45,121 bases of DNA from Octopus bimaculoides (GCF_001194135.2 NC_068989.1:31815521-31860641); one strand, 5' to 3'. Numbered from the stretch's first letter, positions 22,538-34,717 are shown. Translations and numbers: made by a program. Notes: generated by a model not told the origin, from the letters alone.

Positions 22538-22709
22538 ATACATTCAAATAAAGGTTATAAACCTCATTAAGGAATAATAAAATCCAATGAAAATACTGGT
22601 TAGTTACGAATCCATAGAAAGTTCATATATTTATATATTCAAAGAATAAGGAGAAAATGGAGAGGCAATTAATAAAATATTATTTATTACTTATAAAATA
22701 TGACAACAT

Positions 22710-22792
22710 CTCTGACAGCTGTTTCGATTCAGCAATCTTTAGATAATTAATTTATAAAATTAAAATCATTATAAGATGAATATCTTCAGAAG
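22710..22792 (-). ncRNA. Hammerhead motif in a probable Penelope-type remnant (~22540-23220)
   Basis: ctt-CTGAAGA-tattca...tgaatc-GAAAC-agct-GTC-aga; stem II attca/tgaat; palindromic stem III ACAGCTGT; weak stem I. Confidence 0.6.
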
Positions 22793-23989
22793 TAGTAAAG
22801 ATATGCCAATTAGAACAGATGTTGCGATAACGGGTGCAAACCATTAACTGATAGCAAATATACAAAAAGAGCTGGTTATAGAAGGCATCAATCCAACATA
22901 GGGGGAGAAAATAGTGTATATTTTTCTATTTTTAAGTAAGAAAAAAAAGAGATTAATATAATATCGTAGGGTATTCAGGAGAAAAAGAAGAAAAATGCAT
23001 GTATATATAGATAATGATGCCATATAAATATCATACTTATCTATAATGCTGCAACACAAAAAAATTTAAAGTTATAAAATTTAAATCAAGTAGAAGAAAA
23101 ACCGTGGCAATTATATATTTGCAGGAAAGCGGTTATACACCATTAGGTGTACACCCACTTCCATACATTAAATTTCTGAACTATCAACACAACAATATTT
23201 ATTTACAGAGGAAATAGGCAGCANNNNNNNNNNNNNNNNNNNNNNNNNNNNNNNNNNNNNNNNNNNNNNNNNNNNNNNNNNNNNNNNNNNNNNNNNNNNN
23301 NNNNNNNNNNNNNNNNNNNNNNNGTTAAACGATGATGATGATGATGATGATATATATATATGTGTATATATATGTATATATATATGACAAACTTTTTTCA
23401 GTTTCCATTTACCAAACCTTCTCACAAGGCTTTGGTCAGCCCAGAGCTATAGTAGAAGACACTTGTCCAAGGTGTCATGCAGTGGAATTGAAAACTGGGC
23501 CATTGGTTAAGAAGCAAACTTCTTATCATGCAACCATGCCGTGCCTAGTATAGTGAAACTATAGATAGATAAGGAAGATGATGTGAAGTGGGGCAAGGAT
23601 GAAAAAGGGCTGTGCAGAGGCAGTGGCCTGGGGCATGTAGGGCTGAATGTAGTGAGTGGCAAACAAAGGTAGGGTAACATCAATGGCAAATATGAGAGAG
23701 TTTTCAAGAGAAGGGTGCTCAATGGAAAATAGAGTGTTAAGGGATAATAGTGAGAATATGGAATGGGTGACAAAGAAACTAGATCCAAAAAGAGGGAAGA
23801 GGGCTAAGTAGTTACAGAAAAGGCTATGAAATTTGTGCAGTTCTGCTCTCATATAATTACAGCTCCTAAGTAAATAGTGCCATAGTTAGAGTAGTCATTG
23901 AGGGACGGGTGTAAGAAAGATGAGTTGGGAAGGCTTTACTTATACTGTCAGGAAAATAGACATAGGTGTTTAAGACCTCATTTTTGTTG

Positions 23990-25700
23990 AAATGGACAGG
24001 TCTTCTCAAGTACATTAAATTGCCAATCATCTTGGTCCTTTGTCATTTCTGTGAGGATAGTTTCTCGCATTTTCCTGGAACTTCCTCCTCCACAAGCCCC
24101 ATCGACATTTAGCAACTGACACTTCTTTATGCAGGTCTCCTCATCCATATGTATCACATGACCATATCAGCAGTCTTCTCTCTTGCACACTACATCTGAT
24201 GCTTCTTATACCCAACTTTTCTCTTAACACATTTCCACTTTCTCATATGTGTAAAGTGATGTTACATATTCACAGAGTATGCTAGCTTTATTTCTTTCTG
24301 GTCTTTGCATGTTCCCTCCAATTACTGCTCACATTTAACTACCATGAAGCATTGCTGTTTGTACAAAAGTATCATACAATCTGAGAAAGGGGCCTTTTGT
24401 TACTAACAGAGGTGTTAGCTCTTTAAACTTTCTTTAGTTGGTTCTTAATCTAGCAACTATACTTCCTTCTCTATTTGGATCATCTAGCTAACAGAAACTA
24501 TCTACTTTCTTGTTGGGATCCTCCTGGTCATTTGAGAAAATCTATTTCTCCTGTGTTCTAAGCACTTATTGCTCCTGCACATCTGCCACAAATAAAGTTT
24601 CTTTTCTCATTTAACCTTCCTTTGATTCCATTGCACCTCTTATGTATGCATATTTTGCAATGTATATGGAACTTCTACTTACACCTTTTCTAAATATCAA
24701 GAGAGCCATTATCCTGGCAGGAGTAGTGTTCTGTTCATTTTCCTGATTACTAGAACTTTAGTCTTTGTTAAGATAACTTTCAGGCCCTTTGATTCCAGGT
24801 TTTGGTTCCACACCTGGAATTTCATTTCTAACTCTATTACAGATTCAGCTATAAGAATGAAGTCATCAACATAGAGGAGTTTCCACAGGTAGTCTTAAAC
24901 TCCTTTCTCATAGCCTGGAGGACTATGATAAACAGGGGAGAGTTGAGAGCCAAACCCTAGTGAATTCCCACATGCACACTAAATTGTTACTATACTCATT
25001 ACTAACTCTCACCTTATTGACAACACCATTGTGCATAGCTTGAACAGCCCTCACCAGCCATCTGCTCTCTGCAGCAGCCAAATCAGGGAGCAAGGGACTC
25101 TGTTGAAGGCTTTCTCTAGGTCAACAAAAGCCAAGTCTGGCTAAGTACAATGGTTTATTTTTAGCTAAATACTACTCCTGAAGTTGCCTTATCAGAAAGA
25201 GAGTATCAATAGTACTTCTCTATGGCACAAAATCAAACTGCATCTCATCTAGGCTAACTGTCTTCTTGATTAGTTTGAATTATAATCCTTTGTGCAACTT
25301 TCATGATTTGTCTAGCAATATGATACCTTTACCCTTGTAACAGTTAACTATAATGCTGCTTTACAGGTTGTTGGGTATGATACCTTCTTGTACAACCTGA
25401 CTAATTATACAAGTGACAAGGCAATATCTCACTATATCAGATATTTCAAGCATCTCAGTTGTAATTACTGATGAACCAAGGACATTCCCTGTCTTTATAT
25501 CTTTAATTGCCTGATCCATCATACTGCTGTCAACTAGAATGGCAGTTCACTCTGTTGGGTTCATACTTAGGAAACTCTCTTTGTCTCATACATTCTCCAT
25601 ATTCAGTAGCCTTCCTTTATAGCATTTCCATATCTCTTTCTTTTCAGAATCACTGAGTCCATCCATAGACATTTCTTACTCATACCTTCATTTTTTTCTG
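23990..25700 (-). mobile_element. Old RTE LINE reverse-transcriptase relic
   Basis: Degenerate LLYVDDFILIAES-like segment at ~24850-24890 and VQERRLL*YGHVIHMDEE at ~24140-24190; homologous to 40453-41620 and 26030-26700. Confidence 0.75.
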
Positions 25701-26029
25701 ATACATTAACTTGCAATTCAGAACCCATCTGCTTCTCCTCTTGCCAGGTAGACCAGTTTCCTTACTTTCCTGGTATAATTCCTTGCTACCTCCTTTCTTT
25801 CAATCCTTCCTTTTTGCTTTTATGGTTTTATCCATTAGTAGAATATTTGTCATGTTTACAGAAGCTGTAGGTTTGAATCCCTTTACACATTATTTTTCAC
25901 CGTTCGAAAAAAAAAACATATATATGGTATATCTCTATCATTCAACAACGAGGATTCAGTAGTTTGATCAATGAATTAACATGTATTTATAGAGGTATAT
26001 TTTGAGTTTTTTTTGTTTTTTTTAGTTTA

Positions 26030-27460
26030 GAGAGCTGGCAAAGTTCAGAGAGCTCTTACCTCTGCTGGTGACAAAGGGCCTCTCACTCGGAGTAAAAGGT
26101 AGACTGTATGACGCATGTATATGAACAGCCATGCTACATGGCAGTGAAACATGGACCATGAGTGCTGAGGACATGCATATGCTTGCAAGGAATGAAGCCA
26201 GTATGCTCCGATGGATGTGTAATGTCAGTGTGCATACTCGACAGAGTGTTAATACCTTGAGAGAAAAGTTGAACTTAAGAAGCATCAGTTGTGGTGTGCA
26301 AGAGAGGCGATTGCACTGGTATGGTCATGTGGCAAGAATGGATGAGAATGGAAGGTGGCGAGCTGGCAGAATTGTTAGCACACCAGGTGAAATGCTTAGC
26401 GGTATTTTATCTCCACTACGCTCTGAGTTCAAATTCCGCCGAGGTCAACTTAGCCTTTCATCCTTTCGGGGTCAATTAAATAAGTACCAGTTACGCACTG
26501 TGGTCGATGTAATCGACTTAATTCCTTTGTCTGTCTTTGTTTGTTCCCTCTATGTTTAGCCCCTTGTTGGCAATAAAGAAATAAGAATGGATGAGGATAG
26601 ATGTGTGAAAAGTGCCACACCCTAACGGTTGAGGGAACCTGTGGAAGAGGTAGAACCAGGAATACCTGGGATGAGGTGGTGAAGCATGACCTTCGAACAT
26701 TGGGCCTCACCGAGGCAATGACTTGTGACCGAGACCTTTGGAAATATGCTGTGTGTGAGAAGACCTGGCAAGCCAAGTGAGACCATAATCCGAGGCCTCT
26801 GCCAGGGGTGTAGCCAGCCCACTTATGTGTACCTTTCCTTCATTGGGCACTAAACTCTACTTGCGAAGACCTGTTGAAGCAAGTGAAATCAAAATCGAAC
26901 CAAATTTGACGACTGGCACCCATGCCAAACTCTCCTTCATTGGACACTAAACTCGGCTTGCAAAGACCTGTTGGCGCAAGTGAAAGCGAAATCAGGATGG
27001 CACCTGTACCAGTGGAGTGCTAAGAGCACCGTCCGAGCGTGATTGTTGCCAGAGCAGCTGTCTGGCTTCCGTGCCAGTGGTATGTAAATAGCACCATTTG
27101 AGCGTGATCGTTACTAGTGTCGCTTACTGGCACTTGTGCCGGTGGCATGTGAAAAGACATTCAAGCAAGTCATTGCCAGTACCGCTGGACTGGCTCCTGT
27201 GCATGTGGCATGTAAAATGCACCATTTTGAGTGTGGCCGTTGCCAGTACCGCCTGACTGACCTTTGTGCCAGTGGCACGTAAAAGCACCCACTACACTCT
27301 CAAATTGGTTAGCGTTAGGAAGGGCATCCAGCTGTAGAAACTCTGCCAAATCAGATTGGAGCCTGGTGTAGCCATCTAGTTCGCCAGTCCTCAGTCAAAT
27401 CGCCCAACCTATGCTAGCATGGAAGGCGGATGTTAAATGATGATGATGATGTTGATGATG
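26030..27460 (+). mobile_element. 5'-truncated RTE LINE (RT C-terminus plus 3' UTR)
   Basis: AKFRELLPLL...MLHGSETW...RNEASMLRWMCNV...VQERRLHWYGHV; ends gttaaatgatgatgatgatg. Confidence 0.9.
26347..26582 (+). mobile_element. Short SINE nested in the RTE copy, with a 13-bp TSD
   Basis: aagaatggatgag at 26334-26346 and 26583-26595; body matches 1204-1432. Confidence 0.9.
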
Positions 27461-27607
27461 TTGCAGTTTTAATCAATATTAGTAACAAAATAGGATATAG
27501 TTATTAAGGATCTAAGGAAAATTTCATCATTCCATTGTATTGCTTTTTTTCTTGTTTTGTTTTTTAACTTGGCAATTATTATTTCATTAACTTTGTATCA
27601 CATACAA

Positions 27608-27635
27608 CACTAATTCTTCCTTGTTTTAATTGCAG
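27608..27635 (+). promoter_or_regulatory. 3' splice site upstream of the TRNT1 coding exon
   Basis: Branch-site match CACTAAT 27608-27614, pyrimidine tract tcttccttgtttt, TGCAG ending at 27635. Confidence 0.7.
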
Positions 27636-27680
27636 AATTTTGAAGTCATATTTGAAAAATTTGACAACGATATTGAAAGT

Positions 27681-27716
27681 ATGATAATCTACTACAATGT
27701 AAATTTGTTTAAATAA
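27681..27716 (+). promoter_or_regulatory. uORF MIIYYNVNLFK*, with stop overlapping the TRNT1 ATG (TAATG)
   Basis: atg ata atc tac tac aat gta aat ttg ttt aaa taa; first ATG after the acceptor; the frame is read directly but function is unproven. Confidence 0.45.
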
Positions 27717-29068
27717 TGAAACTGCTATTGATGCGATCCACTTGCTTGTTAAGGCTACACATACAAAAGACATTTTATGGCACTTACAAACGAACCACAC
27801 AACCTAAAATGGGAAAGCTTATAACATCTACTGTTAATACACCTGAATTTTACAGTTTGTTTAACCCAAATTTGATATCCCTCATCAATTTGTTTAAAAA
27901 ATATAATTATGAACTGCGTATTGCTGGTGGTGCTGTAAGGGATTTACTGACAGGTAAGAAGCCAGAAGACATCGATTTTGCTACTACTGCAACTCCTGAA
28001 CAGATGAAAGATATTTTTACTAAAGAAAACATCCGAATGATTAATTTGAAAGGAGAATCACATGGAACAGTCACAGCAAGGATCAATGATTGTGAAAACT
28101 ATGAAATCACAACTTTACGGATTGATATAAAAACAGATGGTCGCCATGCTAAAGTAGAGTTTACACAAGACTGGCATCAGGATGCCGGTAGAAGGGACTT
28201 GACTATAAATGCCATGTTTTTAGATTTTAATGGAATCCTCTATGATTATTTTAATGGTCGGAAAGATCTTGAAGAGAGGAGGGTTTGTTTTGTTGGAGAA
28301 CCAGCAACCAGAATTCAAGAAGATTATATCAGAATCCTTCGGTATTTCAGATTTTGGGGAAGGATTTCATCACAAAATGGGTTGCATAACCCAGAGGCTC
28401 TTAAAGCCATTGAAGAGAATGCAGTTGGTTTAAGTGATATTGCAGGAGAACGAATTTGGGTTGAAATGAAAAAAATTATCACTGGTCCCAATTTTACCAG
28501 TGTTATTGCTACAATGGCCAAATTAGGTGTTTTGAAACATATTGGATATGCAGAAAATGTGAATATTGAAGAAATGGATCAAGTCTGGAAACGAATGAAG
28601 GGTTTCTCTATGTTGCCTATGACTTTGATGTCAACATTAATGTATGATAGCCAAGATGTCATGAAGCTAAATCAGAAAATGAAAATGTCAAATGAAGAAA
28701 TGAATTTACTCAATTTTATAGTAGAAGAACGGTACAAAATATCAGAAGAAAATATTATTAAGCATTATAAAGATATGGTCTTGAGTGGACGTGATAGCAA
28801 ATTGAAAGGCCGTATTTTAGAACTGCTTAAATACTTGGGTGAAGAGGACTTGCTTACAGAATTTAATGAATGGATTCCTCCAAAATTCCCTGTCTCTGGA
28901 TACGATTTAATGAAACAAAATATTCCTAAAGGCCCTATATTTAATCAAACTTTAAATTTTCTCAAAGATGTTTGGAAAGAAAGTGATTATATCCTAACAA
29001 AAGAAGAATTGTTGAGGTTGGGCGAGAAATTTGTATCAGGCTCTGAAAGTAAAACTAAATTATTGTAG
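27716..29068 (+). CDS. TRNT1: CCA tRNA nucleotidyltransferase 1 (class II CCA-adding enzyme), 450 aa, single coding exon
   Basis: Uninterrupted ORF with ELRIAGGAVRDLL...PEDIDFATTATP, EITTLRID..DGRHA.VEF, DAGRRDLTINAM, RIQEDYIRILRYFRF, GERIWVEMKKI and PKFPVSGYDL, collinear with animal TRNT1 along its length. Confidence 0.97.
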   Translation: MKLLLMRSTCLLRLHIQKTFYGTYKRTTQPKMGKLITSTVNTPEFYSLFNPNLISLINLFKKYNYELRIAGGAVRDLLTGKKPEDIDFATTATPEQMKDIFTKENIRMINLKGESHGTVTARINDCENYEITTLRIDIKTDGRHAKVEFTQDWHQDAGRRDLTINAMFLDFNGILYDYFNGRKDLEERRVCFVGEPATRIQEDYIRILRYFRFWGRISSQNGLHNPEALKAIEENAVGLSDIAGERIWVEMKKIITGPNFTSVIATMAKLGVLKHIGYAENVNIEEMDQVWKRMKGFSMLPMTLMSTLMYDSQDVMKLNQKMKMSNEEMNLLNFIVEERYKISEENIIKHYKDMVLSGRDSKLKGRILELLKYLGEEDLLTEFNEWIPPKFPVSGYDLMKQNIPKGPIFNQTLNFLKDVWKESDYILTKEELLRLGEKFVSGSESKTKLL

Positions 29069-29086
29069 ATATTTTTCTTCTTGATA

Positions 29087-29096
29087 AATAAATAAA
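29087..29096 (+). terminator. Candidate polyadenylation signals
   Basis: Overlapping AATAAA at 29087-29092 and 29091-29096, about 20 nt after the stop, followed by a T-rich tract. Confidence 0.45.
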
Positions 29097-29639
29097 ATTG
29101 TTATACTGTTCTTTATTTCTTCATCTTTATCCTGGTGTTATATAATTTATATTTAGAATTCTTGCTTAGTAAAGTTAATATTGGATTATTATATGTAAGA
29201 AATATTTCTCTTTCTTTGCTAATACTTTTATATATTTTCTATATATACAAACTTGTGAGACAGTCGAGGATTGTGTCACAAAATTTCCTTTGGTCAATAT
29301 TTACCAAAAAAATATATTCTAAACAATCTTATGATATATAAATTGCTATTTCAAGCTTCTTTATATTAAAAAATTCACTAAACAGTTATGTTTTTTAACA
29401 TTTTCAAATTCCAAGTACTGTGAGGAAACACTATCTATAATCCAAGATTTTGTGAATCTTTGGTTGTGTAACTTGAATATATTCAAATATAACACAAAAT
29501 ATTTGTTATCATTTCCTTCTACAATCAATTACATCAGACATCAGTTACCTTGTTTTTTTTCTTGGATCATATTAAACCTGCTCTCTCACTCCTTCCCTTC
29601 AATATTGCTACTCCTCCATTGCTGGGTATGCCTCCCAGC

Positions 29640-30810
29640 AACTGTAGTTTTAGAGGACCTGGCATATGCTGATGACATGGTTCTGGTTTCCAGTTCCCCA
29701 AAAGGATTGCAGAGCCTCCTCAACAAATGCTCTGTGTTCTACAAAGTGGTGGGACTAAAAGTCAGCATCTCAACATGAACTTGGTTCTCCGTAATAAGCT
29801 GGGGGATGTCCTACCTCATCAACATGGTTACTTTGCCAATGAGTGAAGGTATCCTACTCAAGAATGTCAAACTAGGAAAGAAAGTTTTCTACCTAGGGGT
29901 TGCAATCAACCCATGGTCTACTCACAAGATGAACCTTTCAGTGAAGCATATGTTATAGTGTGCCAATAAGATGTCGCACTCGCCTGAAACCTTGCCAGAA
30001 GTTCCATCTTCTCCATCAGTATTATCTCCCCTGACTGTTCTACAACCCGATGCAGATGATACCTGACTGGGGAGCACTCAAGTAACTTGACACAGTCATT
30101 TGCATGGGGGTTCTTAGGATACTGTATCTTCCTAAATTGTCCTTTACTCACTTTTTGTACTGTAGGTGGGTTGAGTGTCTGCCAATTGGTGAAGATGATA
30201 CCCAGAAACAAGGTCCATGGGAATCTATGCCTACTCACTTTCCCATATTCGGCAGTTAGAATGATGACAAGGTCCATAGGCCTTGCCTTGAGAAACAGTG
30301 AGATAATCATGTTGTTCGACCTCCCACCCATTCAGCCAGGTGCAACAGCATGCAACCGGGACACCTATCAGGTGTATTCCAGGGAGTAAGCCTTCCAACT
30401 CATTTTGGGAGCCTGTACTTCATCTTTCTACTGTGATCTGACTGACAACAGTTGGATGTCATAGCCAGAAAAGATTTCGGAGGAGTGCTACTTTGGTTGA
30501 CTCACGCTGTGTTCTAACACATTCTGCAACCTTTGGGGATGGCAGGGGACTGAATACTTCCAGACATTGTGGGGCTGCTGCTAAAACTATCACCCTCATC
30601 AGTGGCCAATGCCCACACTTGAAGAAGCAAAGACTGGCCAGAAATAGGTGGCTATGCCAGCTAGTGACAAGCAAGTCTCAACAGTATAGATGGGAGGTCA
30701 GTTGGGATCTGGCCTACTGTACTACTGGGTAGCAGGGTTATACCCAATCTCGTCCTGCACTGTCCAGGCAGAGTGGTCATCCTTGAAGTCAAGTTAGGTA
30801 TGAGCAAGAT
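29640..30810 (+). mobile_element. R2-like non-LTR retrotransposon relic (RT C-terminal half plus restriction-like endonuclease)
   Basis: LEDLAYADDMVL (YADD 29665-29676); YLGVAINPW; LKPCQKFHLLHQYYLP (29984-); decayed CCHC SRHCGAAAKTITLISGQC...RLARNRWLC; IPNLVL...VVILEV (30740-30793). Confidence 0.75.
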
Positions 30811-31031
30811 TCAGCTCTGGAAGATAAAACAATGGAGAAGGTTCAGAAATACTGTCTGCTTATCCCTCTCCTCCAAAGAGAGTTGGACAGGTCGGTAGAG
30901 GTCCATGTGTACTCTGTTGGTGCCTGCATAGGACAGCCATATTATACATAGACAACTTGCAGCAGGACAGACCCATCTGTGGATCATTGCACTCAACTGT
31001 TGGAGGGGGAGGTCCCAGTGATTTGAAGCAT

Positions 31032-31330
31032 AATGGCCATGAACAACATCTTGAACAGCAGTTGGTCTGTGCTGCCATTGTATTGGGCAGTTGGAGGTCC
31101 TAGGGTCATGAAATGTCACAGCCTTAAATAACATCTTCAACAGCAGTTGGTCTGGGCTGCTGCAATATTGGGCAGTTAGAGGTCCAGGTCATGTGATGAG
31201 TAAAGGCTGTGAACAACATCTTGATCAGTAGTTGCTCTATGCTACCACTGTATTGGAAAGTCTAAAGTCTAGGTGACATGATGCGTAAAGGCCATACACA
31301 GCATCTCAATCAGCAGTTGGGTCATGTGTA
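31032..31330. repeat. Diverged ~84-bp tandem repeat, about 3.5 copies
   Basis: aacaacatcttgaacagcagttggtctgtgctgcc...tattgggcagtt-like units near 31040, 31128, 31212 and 31298. Confidence 0.8.
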
Positions 31331-33240
31331 TTGAGTGCATGACTCAGTTAAGCCTTGTAACCAAACTCTTTACGATCCCCCAATGCAGGGCTTGGTTGGA
31401 GTCAGCTATGGCTGGATGTGTCTCCTAGCATTGAGCCAGCCTATGGTTGTAGATTGTAACCTCATCCACTGCCTCTCCTCTTGCCAACTATTAATACACC
31501 AGGCATTTAAGTGTAATTATGATCCACCTAGATTGGTTCACAAACCTATTGTTGGATGGATGGGTACACCTACCAGACATGTGGCTTGGTCCACAAATGT
31601 CAGGGGCTGTTGGGGTAAGCAGCCTACTTTTCCCAGGATAGGCTTGTCGAGAGCATCCTTCCAGCACTGTGATCCCAGATGGCAACCACCTACCTGAGTT
31701 AGCTATAGAAGTTGTTCATCAGGTTTCACAAGTCACTTTTTGAGTAGTGGGGCTGGTCAAGGAACCCTCTGCTTACATCAGTTATGGGAGTTGCTGTTAG
31801 GATTTTGTGTGTTGTTTCCTGTATGGTTGGCTCAGCCCTTTGGACACATGGTACCATCCACCTTAAAACAACAATATCGACTCAACTACAGTCTTCAGAT
31901 GTACCACAAAAGGTTCAATATTTTATAAATGGTATTGTTTAAACTTATCTCTACTGTCCATACTACCAACATTTTGGAAGCTAGTTTCTGCACATTTGTA
32001 AAATCCACCCTTACCACTATATTCTCTCTACTAGGATATCAGCAGCAAGGACTAACAGTTGTTCTGATTCAAATCTTTACCACCTCAATTTCACTAATTT
32101 ATCTACTGTCTCAACTGCTTCACAGGTTTTTGACCATTTCATGCTTAACATTGAATTCATGTATTTCCCTTAACTTTTTATGAAGTAAACACTTTTACTG
32201 AATTCAATGTACAAAACTCCTCACCCAAGCTACTGGTGCAGAGAGAAAATTCTTTGCACTATATAATACCCACACTTAACTATATCTTTGACACACACCA
32301 AAATCCCAGTTACCTTTGAAGTCTTTCTGACTTCCAAATCTAGCCTTTACTCATCCTTCTCTGTCTCTGAGCCCAGCTGATAAAAATATTACTGCTTAAT
32401 CAAGGCAACCCATCTCAAATTCTCTTACTCCACAGCACTTTCATTGTCAAAACCTAAATCAGTTTACTGGTCATAACTGTCAGTTTTATGCTGACTAATC
32501 CTAATAATAAATGTGCTTCACTCATGACCTCTCTGGGTATATCCTTTCACACCACCAAAACCTTCAATTGGCAAAAAATACTACCTATAGCACCTGCAAG
32601 AAATCACTCACCACCTCCTAGAAAGCTCATGATATTCAACATGTCACACTGTATTCTGTACAATTCATTACTTCATGTCACAGTATGCAATATGAATCCT
32701 CAGAAAGGAAATAGCATAATTTAACTGGAAAAACAAATTTGTGGCTCATGCTTTGTTTACTGCATTAACAAACTTTGCCCCTTGCTTGTTCCAGTGGTAT
32801 TTCCTTTTGGCAGATATTTGTTTTATTACGTAGACAGTTATTAGGTGTGATCTATTCTGTGTACTTGGTAGTTTGTTGTAAAGAGATAGGAGGAGGGGAG
32901 CTGACAGTTTATTTATAATCGATGTCATGTATTTTTGATGTTCCTTTTTGTTGGCTAAAGTGGTATCTGATTACTCTAAGTATATTTGTATGTTGTTTTG
33001 CATTTTTAGTGAAAGAAAATAGGTAATAAATGCTGTGGATTCTTCAGTGGAAGTAGTGATCCATTGAAGTTCAAGTAACAGGATTCTACGTAGCTAGTAA
33101 AAACTTTCTTTGCAAGGCAGAAAATGTCTTGGAAGCTATTTGAGAAGTGCAAGAGCTTCCAAACCATGTGATGCCCTGAGACATCATTGTTGGCCTGACT
33201 AGGAGTAGAATAATAAATTCCTGATGCTAAGCTATATATG

Positions 33241-33292
<52 letters not shown>

Positions 33293-33325
33293 ACAGTGAA
33301 CAGCAAGAGTCAGAATGATGATGTC

Positions 33326-33720
33326 ATATCTTTTACTTGTTTCAGTCATTAGAGTGCAGGCATGCTGCGGTGCCACCTTGAAGAATTTTTAGTTGAACAA
33401 ATTGATCCCACAACTAATTTTTCTTTAAGCCTGGTACTTATTCTATCAATATTTTTGGCCTAGCCACTAAGTTATGAGAACATAAACACACCAACACCAG
33501 TTGTCAATTAGTGGTGAGACAAACACAGTTTTATATGAATATATATATGTGTGTATACAATGGGTTTCTTACAGTTTCCATCGACCAAATCCACTCACAA
33601 GGCTTTAGTTGACTGAAGTCTATAGTAGAAGACACTTGCCCAAGCTTCCACACAGTGGGACTGAACCCAGAACCATGTGGTTGGGAAGCTTCTTACCACA
33701 CAGCAATGCATGTGCTTATA
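33326..33720 (-). mobile_element. Long SINE
   Basis: atcttttacttgtttcagtcatt tail through ...gaagcttcttaccacacagc head; reverse complement of the 1183 family. Confidence 0.8.
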
Positions 33721-34143
33721 TATGTCTTCATTCTTAATATGGTCCAGCAAATTTGAATGTGAATATTACTAATTTCATTATTGGAGAACAACTTCTTTCA
33801 ACAAATGTGTGTTCATAAGACACTAGATTCAATAGCATAAGGGAACTTTGTAACATTGTTCTATTTCATCAGTCACAACTACTCTGGCCTACTCAAAGTT
33901 GGTCCAGCCATGATCACCTTATACAATATCAAACATTGTTTATTTAGGACTATTTTATTCAGTGCATTGTGTATTTAAAAAATAGAAACAAGAGAAACAG
34001 AATGGGTACTGAGAATAGTACTACAGTGCTAAGAATGTTAAAGTATTTGGTAAAAAAAAAGCAAATATATGCATATTCTGATATGGGAGGAAAGCAAAAA
34101 CTGATAGAGTTGTAATACACAGTATGTTCTTGTAGTGCAGTAG
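33504..34143. repeat. Source of a local inverted duplication (copy at 38481-39077)
   Basis: Near-identical reverse complement over ~600 bp; the copy lacks 42 nt of the SINE. Confidence 0.92.
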
Positions 34144-34717
34144 CAAGTGATGAATTAAACATGTATATATATATATCATTGCTATTATTTTAAACTGTTG
34201 TATGTTCAAATTTGGCCAAATGCGTTTTTTCAATATTTAATTTTGCTTGCAACAACCAGTTCTCTTGGTCAAACTATCATATCTCCAGCTGCTTCAAATG
34301 ATAGTTATTAAAGTGTAATACAACGGTTTAGCATTTTTCAAAAGTAAGCCCCACATATGACAGTTTTACAAAAATATTTCTGACTAAAAATATCATTCAT
34401 GGAGTTATGATTTTATGCACCCAACAAAGTTGTTAAGCTGAAACTGTTCCTATTGTAAACAGAAATGGAATGATGGAATTATTTTTTCATTTTCTGAAAA
34501 ACCAACATTTTGAACTTACAACATTTCTGCATAATAGCAACGATATATACACACATGTATGTCATACACCTTACTCAGAACCTGCAATACTGGAGTCTGT
34601 TGGGTGCAGTACATTGGGTATAATGTTTGTACCCATATGTAACCTTGAGGACTCATATATTCAGTTGGCCATTTGTAATTGTACAGACAACTGGAGTAAA
34701 AATCTGTTTATGAAATC

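Noticed and set aside
27579-28521. Short overlapping ORFs 27579-27800, 28230-28433 and 28324-28521
   Set aside because: Alternate-frame or antisense shadows of TRNT1 with no recognisable motifs
29048-29068. Peroxisomal signal at the TRNT1 C-terminus (SKTKLL)
   Set aside because: Terminal tripeptide KLL is not a PTS1 consensus
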